DNA from: Octopus sinensis
Lineage: Eukaryota
DNA: 64,000 bases
Assembly (NCBI RefSeq): GCF_006345805.1
Contig: NC_042999.1
Span: 110,546,001-110,610,000 of the forward strand
Reading direction: 5' to 3'
This document shows positions 50,230 through 64,000 of the stretch, piece after piece (position 1 is the first letter of the stretch; the number at the start of each line of letters is the position of its first letter). Both the position numbers and the translations under genes were made by a program. The notes under the pieces are model-generated. The model was not told where the DNA came from and searched no databases. It saw only the letters and a list, made by a program, of their open reading frames with translations.

Positions 50230-50244
50230 ATGATAATAATAATG

Positions 50245-50290
<46 letters not shown>

Positions 50291-50415
50291 TAATAATAAT
50301 ACAATAATAATAATAATAATAATAATGATAATAATAATAATAATAATAATGATAATAATAATAATAATGATAATAATAATAATAATGATAATGATAATAA
50401 TAATAACAACAATAA
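50230..50415. repeat. (AAT)n microsatellite
   Basis: Direct reading. Confidence 0.95.
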
Positions 50416-50514
50416 TATAAATAAAAGGATTTAAAGTATCTTAGAAATAGTTAAGAAAATAAAATTTTCGACAAATATAGTTACTCACAACTCACCCCTC
50501 TTTCTGTCTTTCTT

Positions 50515-50555
<41 letters not shown>

Positions 50556-51216
50556 CTCTCTCTCTCTCTCGCTTTCTCTCTCTCTCTCTCTTGATTTGAG
50601 AGAATTTCTTACTGATAGCTTCACTAGAAGGCTGCTATTAATTCAGAATATTAAATTTCATATGGGTTTTGTTGCCATTATTGTTGTTGTTGTTGTTGTT
50701 CCTGGTTTTGCCACTGTTTATTTTGTTGCTGTTGTCATTGATATTTATATTGTATTATTGATGTTGTTTATATTGTTTTTTTTTCATTGTTGTTATTGGT
50801 CGCTTATTTTCATTTTTTTTTATTTTTGTATTTTGTTGACTTTTATTGTTGATGTTATACAAATTATAAACAACGCTAGATTTAATAAGATCTTTTCCTT
50901 TTCTTTTTTCCTTTTCACACATTATAAATAACAATATGACTACATATATACATTGACACATACAAACATCTAAATACAGATACATGTACATGTACACACA
51001 TTTCATATGCACACGCACACATGTGTATGTACATATATGTATATATGCATATATACATACATATATATATCATCATCATCATCATCATCGTTTAACGTCC
51101 GCTTTCCATGCTAGCATGGGTTATATATATGTATATATATATATATAATACACATACATATATATACATACATATATAAATATGCATACATATATATATA
51201 AATGTATATATGTATG

Positions 51217-51273
<57 letters not shown>

Positions 51274-51276
51274 ACA

Positions 51277-51310
<34 letters not shown>

Positions 51311-51552
51311 TATATATATAGACACACATATATAGATAAATATATAAATACATACACATACATACACAAACAGTCACACAATCGACACACGTGCACACAC
51401 ATCGACACACATATGTAATCACCACACCCATCAAACAAATTGACAAATGTATATTTAAACTTATTCATCATTCTAGTAACAATGAGTAAGTATTCTTCAT
51501 AGAGAAGTTTTACCAAATACATCATTATATATAAGAAATGATAATCTATCAT

Positions 51553-51621
<69 letters not shown>

Positions 51622-51838
51622 TTATCTATCTATCTATCTACCTGTCTATCTATCTATCTGTCTGTCTGTCTATCTGTCTATCTATCTGTCTGTCTGTCTA
51701 TCTGTCTATCTGTCTATCTCTCTGTCTATCAATCTGTCTGTCTGTTTGTCTACATATATATATATACATGAGTATGTTGTTTCTGTGGGCATAGATATGT
51801 GTGTACTCTTAAGTATATGTATGAGTATGTATGTGTTG

Positions 51839-51887
<49 letters not shown>

Positions 51888-51889
<2 letters not shown>

Positions 51890-52495
51890 TGGATTCTCTC
51901 ATCGAAGACGATGAATGAGGGTTCAGTAAATAACCTTCAACAACTCCTAAGCCCTGTGACACTGCATGTGTATCTTCAATAAAAAGAAAAAAATGCACAC
52001 ATCGATGCACCAAACCTCAGGTGTTATTGAGTGAAAATGGTTTACTGAACAACCAGCACTTTGACTTGTGCTGAACAAACCACACTCTCTCCATTGAATT
52101 AACATGGTCTGTACAGGTGCACGGTGTGCCGCACGTCAGATGATAAAACGATCGCAGGATTTTCTTTTAAGAGTGTTCCATCTCCTAGATCAGTTGTGAG
52201 AATCAACACTAAAGGGTCTGATCCACCCTGGTAGGCTTTCTGTGCCTGGGTACCATACCAGGTATTTCTAGGTCCTCGCATTATACAGCCCTAAGACATT
52301 GGATGGCCGTTGACTCTCAAGAGTTCCTCCGCCCTTTCACGGGTTTTGTTTTCCATCCTGCAGGGTGTCCAAAAAACACCCTCCTCACGAAGCAAGCTTG
52401 GTGGGGTTGCCGGTTTAGTCACTGACGACCCGACCATGCAACAGGTTGTACTGGGTTACATGTTACCAGTAGCACTCGAAAGTGACCTGACCCAA
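51888..52495. other. Unclassified GC-balanced, CpG-containing ~600-bp insert (possibly a LINE 5' region)
   Basis: Composition is distinct from the flanks, with several short hairpins (TACTGG/CCAGTA, AGGGTGT/ACACCCT, TCATCG/CGATGA). No protein motif recognised. Confidence 0.3.
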
Positions 52496-52619
52496 TATCT
52501 ATCTATCTATCTGTCTATCTATCTATCTGTCTGTCTGTCTGTCTATCTGTCTATCTGTCTGTCTATCAATCTGTCTGTCTGTTTGTCTACATATATATAT
52601 TTATATATATGTATATATA

Positions 52620-52970
52620 GTGATAGTGATTAGTGACCCCCTTCGGTCAGACACTGACCATGGGTTTGCACCTAGAGAGTTACTCTCTGAGGCACAAGTC
52701 TGGGCAAGGTTGTTTTATGGAAGACCAGCAGTCGCCCATGCATACCGGCCTCCCCTCTCCACGTCACCGATGTTGTCCAAGGGAAAGGCAAGGGCCGATA
52801 CAGCTTGGCACCTGTGACGTCGCAACTCATTTCTACAGCTGAGTGAACTGGAGCAACGTGAAAAATAAAGTGTCTTGCTCAAGAACACAACACGCAGCCC
52901 GGTCCGGGATTCGAGCTCACAACCTCACGATCGTAAGCTCGACGCTCTAACCACTGAGCCACGCGCCTTC
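52620..52970 (-). mobile_element. tRNA-derived SINE (family C) with a V-domain-like centre, young
   Basis: A-box TGGCTCAGTGG, B-box-like GAGCTCGAATCCC, central TGTGTTCTTGAGCAAGACACTTT...TGCTCCAGTTCACTCAGCTG. Decayed relatives at about 22140-22240, 54930-55150 and 60140-60360. Confidence 0.8.
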
Positions 52971-52972
52971 AC

Positions 52973-53075
<103 letters not shown>

Positions 53076-53144
53076 ATATATATATATATATATAATATAT
53101 ATATATATATGTATATATGTATATATATATATATATATATATAG

Positions 53145-53176
<32 letters not shown>

Positions 53177-54011
53177 AAACGATGATGATGATGACATTGA
53201 ACGGCAACATATGCTACATGTGTACACACATATGCAATTCACACCCACACACAAACACATATATATATATACACATATATGTATATGTATATATGTGTAT
53301 ATGCATGTGTGCATACTTATGATATTAAGAAACAGAAATATAATTGGTGGTATTTTTAAGCGTGGCAGAAAATACATGGGTTTCTGCAAGCTGAACGTCT
53401 CTATTACAGAAGCTGATTGACCTGTTCCACAGCCTGACTGGCCCACTTCCTTGGTATTTTTAGTCTTTCTTATTAATTCGTAGCATGACTTGATATCTGG
53501 GCATTAACCTAACTGGAGATATGATGGTTATTCAATTATCATGTGAAGCCTCGTAGTGAAATGTGGAACTATTTAATAAGCCCCAAAATTTAATTGTATA
53601 CACACACACACACACAATAGTTAAATGTTGCATGTAAAGACTAAGGAACATGGGAAACAGGAGAAATGTGTAATTGACAGACATACTCAATATCCATCTA
53701 ATCTAACAAAAGTCCTCACAATTTTGGTGTGTTATCAATAATATCATTCATTTTTATGGAGGCTAAAGCAAAGTACTCCTAGGATATAAGTTAGTGGATC
53801 TGTAGGACGGAATAAGGTAAGTACAAAAAGTAGAATGACGGGAGCTGTAGATGAAATGGTAAAGTAAATAAAAGAAAAACGAAAAAATGAAGATGGTAAC
53901 AGAAACATACACAAATATTAAATGACACAGATATCATTATATTTTGTATATATATGTATATATATGAAAAAACAAGTCAAGATGAAAAGCTAAAATAATT
54001 TTATAAAGAAC

Positions 54012-54057
54012 ATTTCAGTACCGGTTTCGGTCATTTTGAGACCTTTTCAACTGTAAC
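54012..54057 (-). ncRNA. Minimal type-I hammerhead ribozyme, U3-A8 compensatory variant
   Basis: CAG-TTGAAAA-GGTC/GACC-GAAA-CCGG-TA-CTG, with palindromic stem III ACCGGT. Confidence 0.7.
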
Positions 54058-54469
54058 GATTAAATAATTAAATTTAGAAAAATTAAAAGAAAAGTTTTTT
54101 TAAAGGAATATTTGTATAGTGTTCAAATATAAGTGGCATTCTGCCTGTCTCTGTCTCCCTTGTTTGCACTTGTGTGTTCGAGGTCGTTATGTATATATAT
54201 ATATATATATATATATAAGTATATATATATATACATTATATACCTACATATACATGTGTATGTATATTTACACACACACAGAAACACACACAAATGCACA
54301 CACACACACACATACACACACACTTAGGATGTTTTATCTATCAAATCCACTCACAAGGCTTTGGGCAGCCCAAGGTTATAGTAGAAGACACTAGCCTAAT
54401 TGTGGTTAGGAAGCAAACCACCTACCACATAGCAACACCTGCACTTATATATATATATATATATAATAT

Positions 54470-54520
<51 letters not shown>

Positions 54521-54845
54521 ATATGTAGACAGCCTTTAGGCTGCATGACAGAATAAAGACAATGCATGTATCAAATGAAAATATAAATAAAGAAATATGA
54601 CATAGGTATTTGTTATATACATTTACATATAGAATGTCTTTCAGCTGCAACACAGTATAACAACAAGGCATGTGTGAAAGTGCCATTAATGGAGGGAAAT
54701 GTGGTACTTTCAGACATGAAGAGAATGCGGGAAAATGAAACAAACCTGAGATTGAAATAAATGCTATGCTGAGAAACTGAAAAGGATGGGTGATTGAGAA
54801 AACATGATGGTGCTTTTTATCATAACTGAAAAATAAAAACAAATA

Positions 54846-54883
<38 letters not shown>

Positions 54884-56059
54884 TGCTATACAACTGTTTC
54901 TCTGTTGTTATACACTGCTTGTCACAGTGCACTTCCTCACATTGTTGTAGCTTTTGAATGATGCTACCTCACTGGCTAGGTGAGTAGACCATCATTCTCT
55001 CTGAATGGAATGGCAATCCATTGCATGATTACCAATTTTCAGTTGAGTGAACTGGAGCAATGTAAAATGAAGTGTTTTTTTGCTCAAAAATACAATGCAC
55101 GAATGGTTTGGGGATTGAAACCACTATCCTGAAATTGTGAGTGTAACACAGTAACCACTTGGCCACATGCCTTTGCATAAGACATTCACACACATTCAGA
55201 AATATACGTGTGTGTGTTTATGTGTGTGTGTGTTTGTGTGTGTATTGGTCATGCTAATTAGGTAGAATTGAATAGTAGCAGCTGTGAGAGGCCGCATTCT
55301 AAAACATGAATTACCCAACAATTAATGTTTTGCATTTCCATACACTTTTATTTCAAACATTTGCATTTGAATAAGTACAATGGATTAACTGCATTGAAAA
55401 ACAGATGTGTTATCATGTATGTGATATTTAAAACTTAATAGTGCTTAAGATAGAAATAATGTTTACATAAAACTAATGTGTTAATTGAATATTAATATAA
55501 AAAGAACAAGGCAAGTAATTATATGGGATGATATTTGGATGTATATAGATATGTATGTATATTAGCCTTACAACCCAAGGTTGATTAGATTTTGCTGGTC
55601 ATGATATATAAAGCATATTCTACAAAACAAGTAAAAGAAAATGGAAACACCTTTTATGGAACTGAGTGATAGATTTTTGCTTTCTGTCTGAGGTGATTCT
55701 GTTTTGGACTTCAATAGCCCAGCATTTTATAACATTGGGTAAAGCTTCTAGAACCTTTAGAACCACAATCTAGTGGGAATTTTACACTATAACCTTTTAT
55801 GTCTTCTGTCTTATTGGTTATAAGAAAGTAAATACTCATCGGTCCAAAAACATTCACATGTTTATGGTAATATATTGAAGCTCTTGAAACTGGTCCTGCT
55901 GTTTCACAAAAATCATAAGGGTATGATGACAGGCTAGAGTAACAGAATGCAGGACAATCTTAAATATAATGTATGTATATGTGTATGTATGTGTGTTTAT
56001 GTGTGTATCTATGTATACATATACACATATATCAATTACATATATATGAGGCATGACTT

Positions 56060-56544
56060 ATAGGTACAGGCATGGGTGTGTGGATAGAAGCTTACTTCCC
56101 AACAAGATGGTTTTGGGTTCAGTCCCACTGTGTGGCACATTGGGCAAGTATCTTCTACTATGGCCTCAGACTGACCAAAGCCTTGTGAGTGGATTTGGTA
56201 GATGGAAACTGAAAGAAGCCCATCGTATATATATATATATATATGTATGTGCATTTGTGTGTCTGTGTTTGTCCCCCAACATCGCTTGACAACCAATGCT
56301 GGTGTGTTTATGTACCCGTAACTTAGTGGTTCAGTAAAAGTGACCGATAAAATAAGTACTAGGCTTACAAAGAATAAGTCCTGGGATTGATATCTTTGAC
56401 TAAAGGTGGTGCTTCAGCATGGCTGCAGTCAAATGACTGAAACTAGTAAGAGAGAGTATAGCCCCAGGCTGACCAAAGCCTTGTGAGTGGATGTGGTAGA
56501 CAAAACTGAAAGAAGCCCACCATATATATATGTATATATATAAT

Positions 56545-56591
<47 letters not shown>

Positions 56592-56892
56592 TATATATAA
56601 TATATATATATATATATGTATGTCTATATGTGTGTGTGTGTGTATGTATGTTTGTATGTATGTATGTATGTATTTATGTGTGTGTGTGTCTTTATGTCTG
56701 TGTTAGTTCTCCCATCATCACTTGACAACCATTGTTGGTGTGTTTACAGTTTGGCAAAGGAGGCCAACAAAATAAGTACTAGCCTTGCAAGGAATAAGTC
56801 CTGGGTTCACTTTCTTCAACTAAAAAATCCTTTAAGGCAGTGCTCCAGCATAGCCACAGTCAGATGACTAAAACAAGTAAAAGAATAAAAGA
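56060..56892 (+). mobile_element. Two tandem SINE family B copies with internal (TA)/(TG) tracts
   Basis: Head with GGGTTCAGTCCC, CCTTGTGAGTGGAT..GGTAGA, internal microsatellite, 3' CAGTCA.ATGACT.AAAC.AGTAA. Confidence 0.8.
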
Positions 56893-56962
56893 CACCTAGG
56901 GCAAGTGTCTTCTGCTATAGCCTCATGAGTGGATTTGGTCGAGAGTAACGGAAGGAAGCCTG

Positions 56963-57000
<38 letters not shown>

Positions 57001-57003
57001 TAT

Positions 57004-57034
<31 letters not shown>

Positions 57035-57364
57035 CATAAATATATATATATATGAATACAGTGTACATTTAAACACATAAGAGGTATCCATCATAGGATT
57101 CCTGGCATGCTAGAAGGAACAGCCAAAATCCAAACCACTATTAGGGATAAACTTTGAAGGGAATGATAAATAAAACATTTACCATCTATCTCCTGGACCA
57201 TGGTTTCTGACTTTTTTTTAGCAAATTATTTTATTTGCTAGGCGAAGTCTTCATCAATGGGTATGCCCAGATTAAACATATAAGTACGAGGCAATCCAGC
57301 ATGTAACCCGTGCTTATACATTATAATTTTGCAACTCCACCGCGCAAGCACAGTCCTCTGTCGA

Positions 57365-57435
<71 letters not shown>

Positions 57436-57444
57436 ATATGTATA

Positions 57445-57632
57445 TGTTTGTGTGTCTGTGTTTATCCCACCAACATCACTTGACAACCGATATTGGTGTG
57501 TTTACGTCTCCATAACTTAGAAGTTTGGTAAAAGAGATTGGTAGAATAAGTTCTGGGGTCAATTTGCTTGACTAAAAGTGGTGCTCTAGCATGGCCGCAG
57601 TCAAATGACTGAAGCAAGTAAAAGAATAAAAG
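57445..57632 (+). mobile_element. SINE family B 3' part
   Basis: Ends in GCATGGCCGCAGTCAAATGACTGAAGCAAGTAAAAGAATAAAAG. Confidence 0.8.
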
Positions 57633-57667
57633 GATATGTATACGTATACACACACACATATATATAT

Positions 57668-57856
57668 ATTCTTCCTTTTATTTGCTTCAGTCATTTGACT
57701 GTGCCCATGCTGGAGCACCGCCTTTAGTTGAAAAAATCGACCCCAGGATTTATTCTTTGTTAGCCTAGTACTTATTCTATTGGTGTGTTTTGCCAAATGG
57801 CTAAGTTATGGGGATGTAAATGCAGCAACATTGGTTGTCAAGTGATGGTGGGAGTA

Positions 57857-57904
<48 letters not shown>

Positions 57905-58077
57905 CACACATACATATATACAATGAGCTTCTCTCCGTTTCTGTCTTCCAAATCCACTCACAAGGTTTTGATCAGCCAAAGGCTATAGTAGAAGACACTT
58001 GCCTGAGGTGCCATGCAGTGGGACTGGACCCAGGACCATGTGGTTGGTAAGCAAGCAACTTACTACACAGCCACTCC
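57668..58077 (-). mobile_element. SINE family B, near full length
   Basis: Head GGAGTGGCTGTGTAGTAAG through to the 3' tail, with an internal (CA)n tract. Confidence 0.85.
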
Positions 58078-58628
58078 ATATATTTATAGACACACACGCA
58101 CATACGTGTATATATATAAATGTACATAATGCCCAGTAAAGATGTTTGTGAATCTTTCGAAGAGTGCTTCCTTCTTGGCACTGTAATGAAATTTAGTTGG
58201 GGAACAGAAGCAGGTTTAGAATTAGGAGATTAGCACAGTGAGTAATATTAACTTTGAAAAGTTTGAGGTTAGTGTATTTGTCTCCTGTGGATGCATGTAT
58301 GTGTGTATGCACAGGCAATTGTGCATGTGCATGCACACACGTGTTTGTCTGATTCTGTATCAAGAATTCCTGCAAATTACAATCATATCACTGATTGTAC
58401 AACTTTTCCTTCATTATCTCATTTGAAATCTAATTATTCTGTGTCGTTAATATATTTATCACAAGATTGCGACTCGTTAATCCACCAAATCTGATTTATT
58501 TGGTAATTATAATTAACATTTTTTCTTCACTTTTTTTTGCCATTTGTATTTTTTTAATTTTTATGCATGTACATAGTTGTATACATTTCTACATATTGCA
58601 TGCATATTTATATGTGTGTGTATGCATA

Positions 58629-58662
<34 letters not shown>

Positions 58663-59846
58663 CATATATACATATGTATATCTATCTATCTATATCTATA
58701 TATATTATACACATACATATGTCCATATGTATAAGCATATATACATGTGTACTCACATATGTGTGAGTGTATGTATGCATATGTATATATATATATGTGT
58801 GCATGGAAATATATATATATATATGCACATACATACATGTACATCTAAATATATATACATATATACATAAAAATAGACCCACACAGTCATAAACTCATAT
58901 ACATACATTTATACATATAGATATATACAAAAATACACACACACATATATATATGTATATATATATATATACACACACACACATATGTATATGAGTGTGT
59001 TGAATATGTATTAAGACATCTTTCACAGTGTGTCTATATTCCAGTTTGTATGTATATAAGTGAGTCTTAAAATATATAAGATATAAATATATATATATAT
59101 ATATATATAAATATATATATATATAATGCATGTATGTATGTATACGTTTTTGTCTGCATGCATGTTTCCTATGTCTAGAATTATATAGACACTAGCTGAA
59201 TTACCCACTAATAGCCAGAAAAGTGGGGGTTATTTCCAGTTCCCATTCCCATTACACTGTTTCATGTCTGCCTCTCTACTTTTGTAGGGTCTCTCTGTTA
59301 TTGTCACAAATTGTGAAATCTTAAAACTATATCAAATTTTTCAAATTTGGTATATTGAAATAATTTTCCATGTTAAATCCGACTGTGTTATTTATTTGTT
59401 TCAGAAAAATTGGAAAAAATTTTACTGGGGTTTAAAGTTTAATCAATTTCACCTAATCAAGAAACAGGGTTTGGAAGCTAATCAGGAAACAGGATTTTTT
59501 TACATGATAGCTGTCTATCACAAAATAAATGTAAAATGATTACGAGGAGGAAATTTTTATTAAACAAATGAAAGCAAAGTATTATGATGTCCAAAATTGT
59601 AAAAACTTTTGAAGTTTTAATAAATTTTAATGAATAAAGTCACGTGAAACGATTGAACAAACATGTAAATAATTAAAAAAAGAAAAAGATCGTCAACAAA
59701 GTTTTTTTTTGCAAAAAATTGCATCAATCTGTCCTGTTCAAGTGTCCTATCTGTTGAGGCAGGCAAAGTCCAACATGAAATAAACAAAAGTTTATATAAG
59801 ACATTATATTTTAGAAATTCTCCAACAATGATGGACTATTCATCTA

Positions 59847-59884
<38 letters not shown>

Positions 59885-60415
59885 ATGATGATGTGTATAT
59901 ATATATACATATATATATATATATACATATAAATGTACAAGGGGTTTAGAGGAATCAAAGGCAGACTGACTGTGATTAAAATCTTTGCCTGTGGTAGATA
60001 TGCACAGGAGCACTTGACCTTCAGGGAACTGGTAAAATAAATTCTATGTAATGCTAAGAAGGCTCTATATATATAGTTAATAGATTCTGTTAACTAGGTA
60101 ACCTAAACAGTATAAAAATCCTTGTCAGATCATACTGACTTATAAGGGCTGGTTTCCTAGTTTCCATGGTGTATAGATTTTCCGCTTGGATGGAATGCCA
60201 GTCTGTTGTAGGGTTATTCATTTCTGCCCACTTAGTGGACTGGAGCAATGTGTAATGAAGTGTTTTGCTCAAGAATACAACACATCACCTGGTCCATGAA
60301 TTGAAACTACAATCTTATGATCATGAGGCAAACTCTCTAACCACTAAGCTATACACCTCCACACCTAACAAGTAAGAAAAGAAGGTTTCTGAAAACATAG
60401 CATGAAATTAAAAAA

Positions 60416-60720
60416 TCATCATCATCATCATCGTTTAAGGTCCGTTTTCCATGCTAGCATGGGTTGGACAGTTCGACTAGGGTCTGGGAAGCCAGGAGGC
60501 TACACCAGGCTCCAGTCTGATCTGGCAGTGTTTCTACAGCTGGATGCCCTTCCTAACGCCAACCACTCTGTGAGTGTAGTGGGTGCTTTTTACGTGCCAC
60601 TGGCATTGGAGCCAGAGGAGGCTGGCAACGGCCACGATCGGTTGGTACTTTTTACATGCCACCGGCACGGATGCCAGTCAAGGTGGCGCTGGCATTAGCC
60701 ATGTTCAGATGATGCTAGTG
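60416..60720 (-). mobile_element. RTE 3' UTR fragment
   Basis: Matches 30069-30330. Other tail fragments occur at about 49345-49440, 51070-51120 and 63460-63800. Confidence 0.8.
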
Positions 60721-61164
60721 GAAAAATTTCTGGGAGTTTTTAACTACAAGGAGATCCTCTCTCTGAGCTCAGGGTAGATAGTATGATACAAGCGTATCAA
60801 CAGCAGTGCTGCACTATAGTATGCTTGCTTAGGTTATGTGAAAGTTGGAAAGAAACGAAGTGAGCAATGAACTGTCAAATGTGTATTGTTAATGTGCTTG
60901 AAGGATGAGATACAGATAAGCTGTGAGTGAAAAATGTGTTTATGAGGAATCATATGTAGTATGTTAGAGCAACAGCCACAGTGGTATGGACAGGTAAGGC
61001 AGGTAACACATATGGATATTAGTAGGTGGGTGAAGAAGTGCCAGGAAATTCAGTTAGAAAAAAATCCAGTGGAAAAGAAGACATGCAGAGAATTACAAGA
61101 GGATGCTGAAAAGTTTCTGGGTTTGGGCAAAAGAAATTACAGGAGGATTGGTTAATTACAATTA

Positions 61165-61523
61165 TACTCTTTACTCTTTTACTCTTTTACTTGTTTCAGT
61201 CATTTGACTGCGGCCATGCTGGAGCACCGCCTTTAGTCGAGCAAATCGACCCCGGTACTTATTCTTTGTAAGCCCAGTACTTATTCTATCGGTCTCTTTT
61301 GCCGAACCGCTAAGTGACGGGGACGTAAACACACCAGCATCGGTTGTCAAGCAATGCTAGAGGGACAAACACAGACACACAAACATATACATACACATAC
61401 ATACATATATATATATATACATATATACGACAGGCTTCTTTCAGTTTCCGTCTACCAAATCCACTCACAAGGCATTGGTCGGCCCGAGGCTATAGCAGAA
61501 GACACTTGCCCAAGATGCCACGC
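61165..61523 (-). mobile_element. SINE family B, young, 5'-truncated
   Basis: CpG-intact copy ending in a (GAGTAAAA)n tail. Confidence 0.85.
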
Positions 61524-61898
61524 CTATATATTTAATATATTTAATATATAATATATTATATTTAATATATTACCCTCTCAGCTTCACACACTTATTGCAG
61601 TGGTCCTTCATTTTTTCTAAGCCCTGTAAAAGAACTTAGAAAGTTGAGCTCCCAACCAGGCCTTTCATGATACCATTAAAGGCAGGATCTTTTTAGCACA
61701 ACCTCAGAGTTAAAGCAGATTTAGGGAAGTGGATCACTATGAAAAAGATGACAAAACAATGGTTGGATGCAATGTCCAACAAAGCTTATTCAACCAACAA
61801 CTCATACCAGCATGGTAAAAACGAATGTAAAAATTATAAAGATGATGATGATGATGATGATGATGATGTGCACACACACACACACACTCACACACACA

Positions 61899-61940
<42 letters not shown>

Positions 61941-62579
61941 ACGCACACACACACACACATACACAAACGTGCTCCCATACTTATATGCAAAGTTAAGAAG
62001 AGTGCTTTAGTTACTAAAGTTTTCAGCAGAGACCTGTAGAGAAATAATTACCATTTTTCAAGAAGGAACTATGGAAAGCTTCCTTCTTTTTTTTTTTCTT
62101 TTTCTTTTAGCTGTTAATCTGGAATACTTCATAATATTGCATATGCTGTATAGTTTTATTGAAACAATTCCAACAATTTTAATTCAAAGTGGAAGAAAAT
62201 TCCTCTATTCATTAGAATTTCTGAAAGAATGGAATTGTTGCTTTTTTTCCCGTTTCTCCTTCACCACCACCACCACCACCACAACAACAACAACAACAAC
62301 ACTAAGAACAACAACAGCAGCAACAGAAGAAGAAGATACTGACGATGGGGGAGGAGAAGGAGGAGGGAGAAGGAAAGGAGGGTGAGGAAATCCTTGTCAT
62401 AAATTATACATACATAACTTGATTGTTTTAGATATTCTATAGTTCTGATGATTGAAATTCCAAAACATATGTAAATATTGCTTTTCTATTAAAACTGTTG
62501 TTTTCACAACTTTTATGTGTGTATGCATATATATATGCAAATGCATGTGTATGTGTGTGTGCATGTGTGTACATGCATA

Positions 62580-62622
<43 letters not shown>

Positions 62623-62650
62623 ATATATATATATATGTATGTGTATATAT

Positions 62651-62693
<43 letters not shown>

Positions 62694-62792
62694 ACACACA
62701 TATACATATGTGCATACATGTTTCAGAAGATGTGTGCAAATGTACATATACACACTTAAATATCTGCACACTTATTTATATGTACAGAAACA

Positions 62793-62832
<40 letters not shown>

Positions 62833-63269
62833 ACTCATGTATGGATGGATGGATGGATGGATGTACATTTTCATGCACACATACACACAAACATATATAT
62901 ATACATACACTGACACACACATATACATATATGTTTATATGTATACATATATATACATATATATACACACATACTTGTATATGTTTGTATGTGTATATAG
63001 AAAGAAGAGAAAGAAAAAGACAGAACTATAGATGTACAACATATGTTTCTACTATTTATGAAGACTTACATAAGTATGATAACATTTATGCATGAATATA
63101 ACATGAAGAACTGCCTAACATATGAGACACTTTATATATACTTCACTGTATATTTTATTTCTTGACTGAACATTGAAATATATTTGATGTATATTTGATA
63201 TACATTTATATAATCTGTGTGTGTGTGTGTAAATATGTATGTATATATATGTATGTCTGTGTGTGTATA

Positions 63270-63300
<31 letters not shown>

Positions 63301-64000
63301 TGTGATAAGTGCCAATGCATGAAACTTATAGCCCTGTTAGTGTTAGTGATTATTAATAATGAATTTATATATATTCATATATATATATATACTCATCTTT
63401 GAGCTATATTTTTCCAGTTTACATCACGAAACAAATGCACAAATATATGTCAGCATTGTCATCATCATCATTTAATGTCCGTTTTCCATGCTGGTATGGA
63501 TTAGACAGTTTGAATGGAGCTGGTAAGCCTGAGAGTTGCACCAGGCTCCAGTTGGTATTGGCTTGGTTTCTATGGCTGGGTGCCCTTCCTAATACTATCC
63601 ACTGTGTACAGATTGCCTTTCATGTGTCACCAGCACAGGTGCCTTCATCATCTTTTAATGTTTCTCTTCCAAGTTGACAGGGTCCAATGAGCCAGAGAAC
63701 TGCCTTGTGCTCCAATATCTGCTACAACATGGTTTCAATGGGTGAATGCCCTTCTAATGCCAACAACTTTACATTGTGTATTGGGTGCTTTATTCGTGGT
63801 ACTAGCACTAATGAGGTTTCCCTGTAGCCTACAATACAAGACTAAGATCCTTAGTGGCTGAGTGCATCTATGTAAACAGGTGTATACACACTTACACACC
63901 CACACATGCACAAACACACACACACATGCTGCAGTCGGTTTTCCCTCTACTTAGAAAATAACTGGAAGAGATAGCTGGATGATTGTTTCATTTTTTTGCA

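Noticed and set aside
52418-52495. CTGACGA ... CGAAA pair (plus strand) and an HDV-like CAC-TTTCGA-GTG loop (minus strand)
   Set aside because: No stem II closure or NUH/stem I for a hammerhead, and no valid P1/P2 for an HDV fold.
53340-53460. Possible coding exon (non-repetitive, mixed composition)
   Set aside because: All three plus frames contain stops, the splice sites are weak, and no motif was recognised.
59187-59830. Possible Helitron-like element (ACTAG start, CTAG end)
   Set aside because: No convincing 3' hairpin and no second copy in the window. The termini could be chance matches.

Overview
This is AT-rich, microsatellite-saturated eukaryotic DNA. The SINE and LINE families resemble those I recall from octopus (coleoid cephalopod) genomes, which is an inference. 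No host protein-coding gene can be supported, and almost all ORF-track entries are translations of (TA)n, (AAT)n, (CAT)n or (CA)n tracts. The real coding content is transposon-derived: a young-looking 5'-truncated Penelope-like element (RT plus GIY-YIG, 15573-17733), RTE-type LINE fragments (best at 30069-31948, with a C4HC3 PHD-type finger inside the RT), two R4/Dong-type LINE remnants, two DD34D-type mariners, two DD37D (maT) derivatives, a decayed hAT, a TIR element with a ~290-nt internal hairpin, and more than 30 tRNA-derived SINE copies. The most striking feature the ORF track misses is a set of nine minimal type-I hammerhead ribozyme motifs from five unrelated sequence families. They include a fully canonical motif inside an inverted-repeat-bounded mini-element (8850-8890), a tandem pair delimiting a 480-nt non-coding unit (retrozyme-like, 35385-36242), a tRNA-headed SINE with a hammerhead tail (3573-4024), a U3-A8 compensatory variant (54012-54057) and an A6U core variant in the Penelope pLTR family. 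All folds were worked out by eye, and none has been tested.
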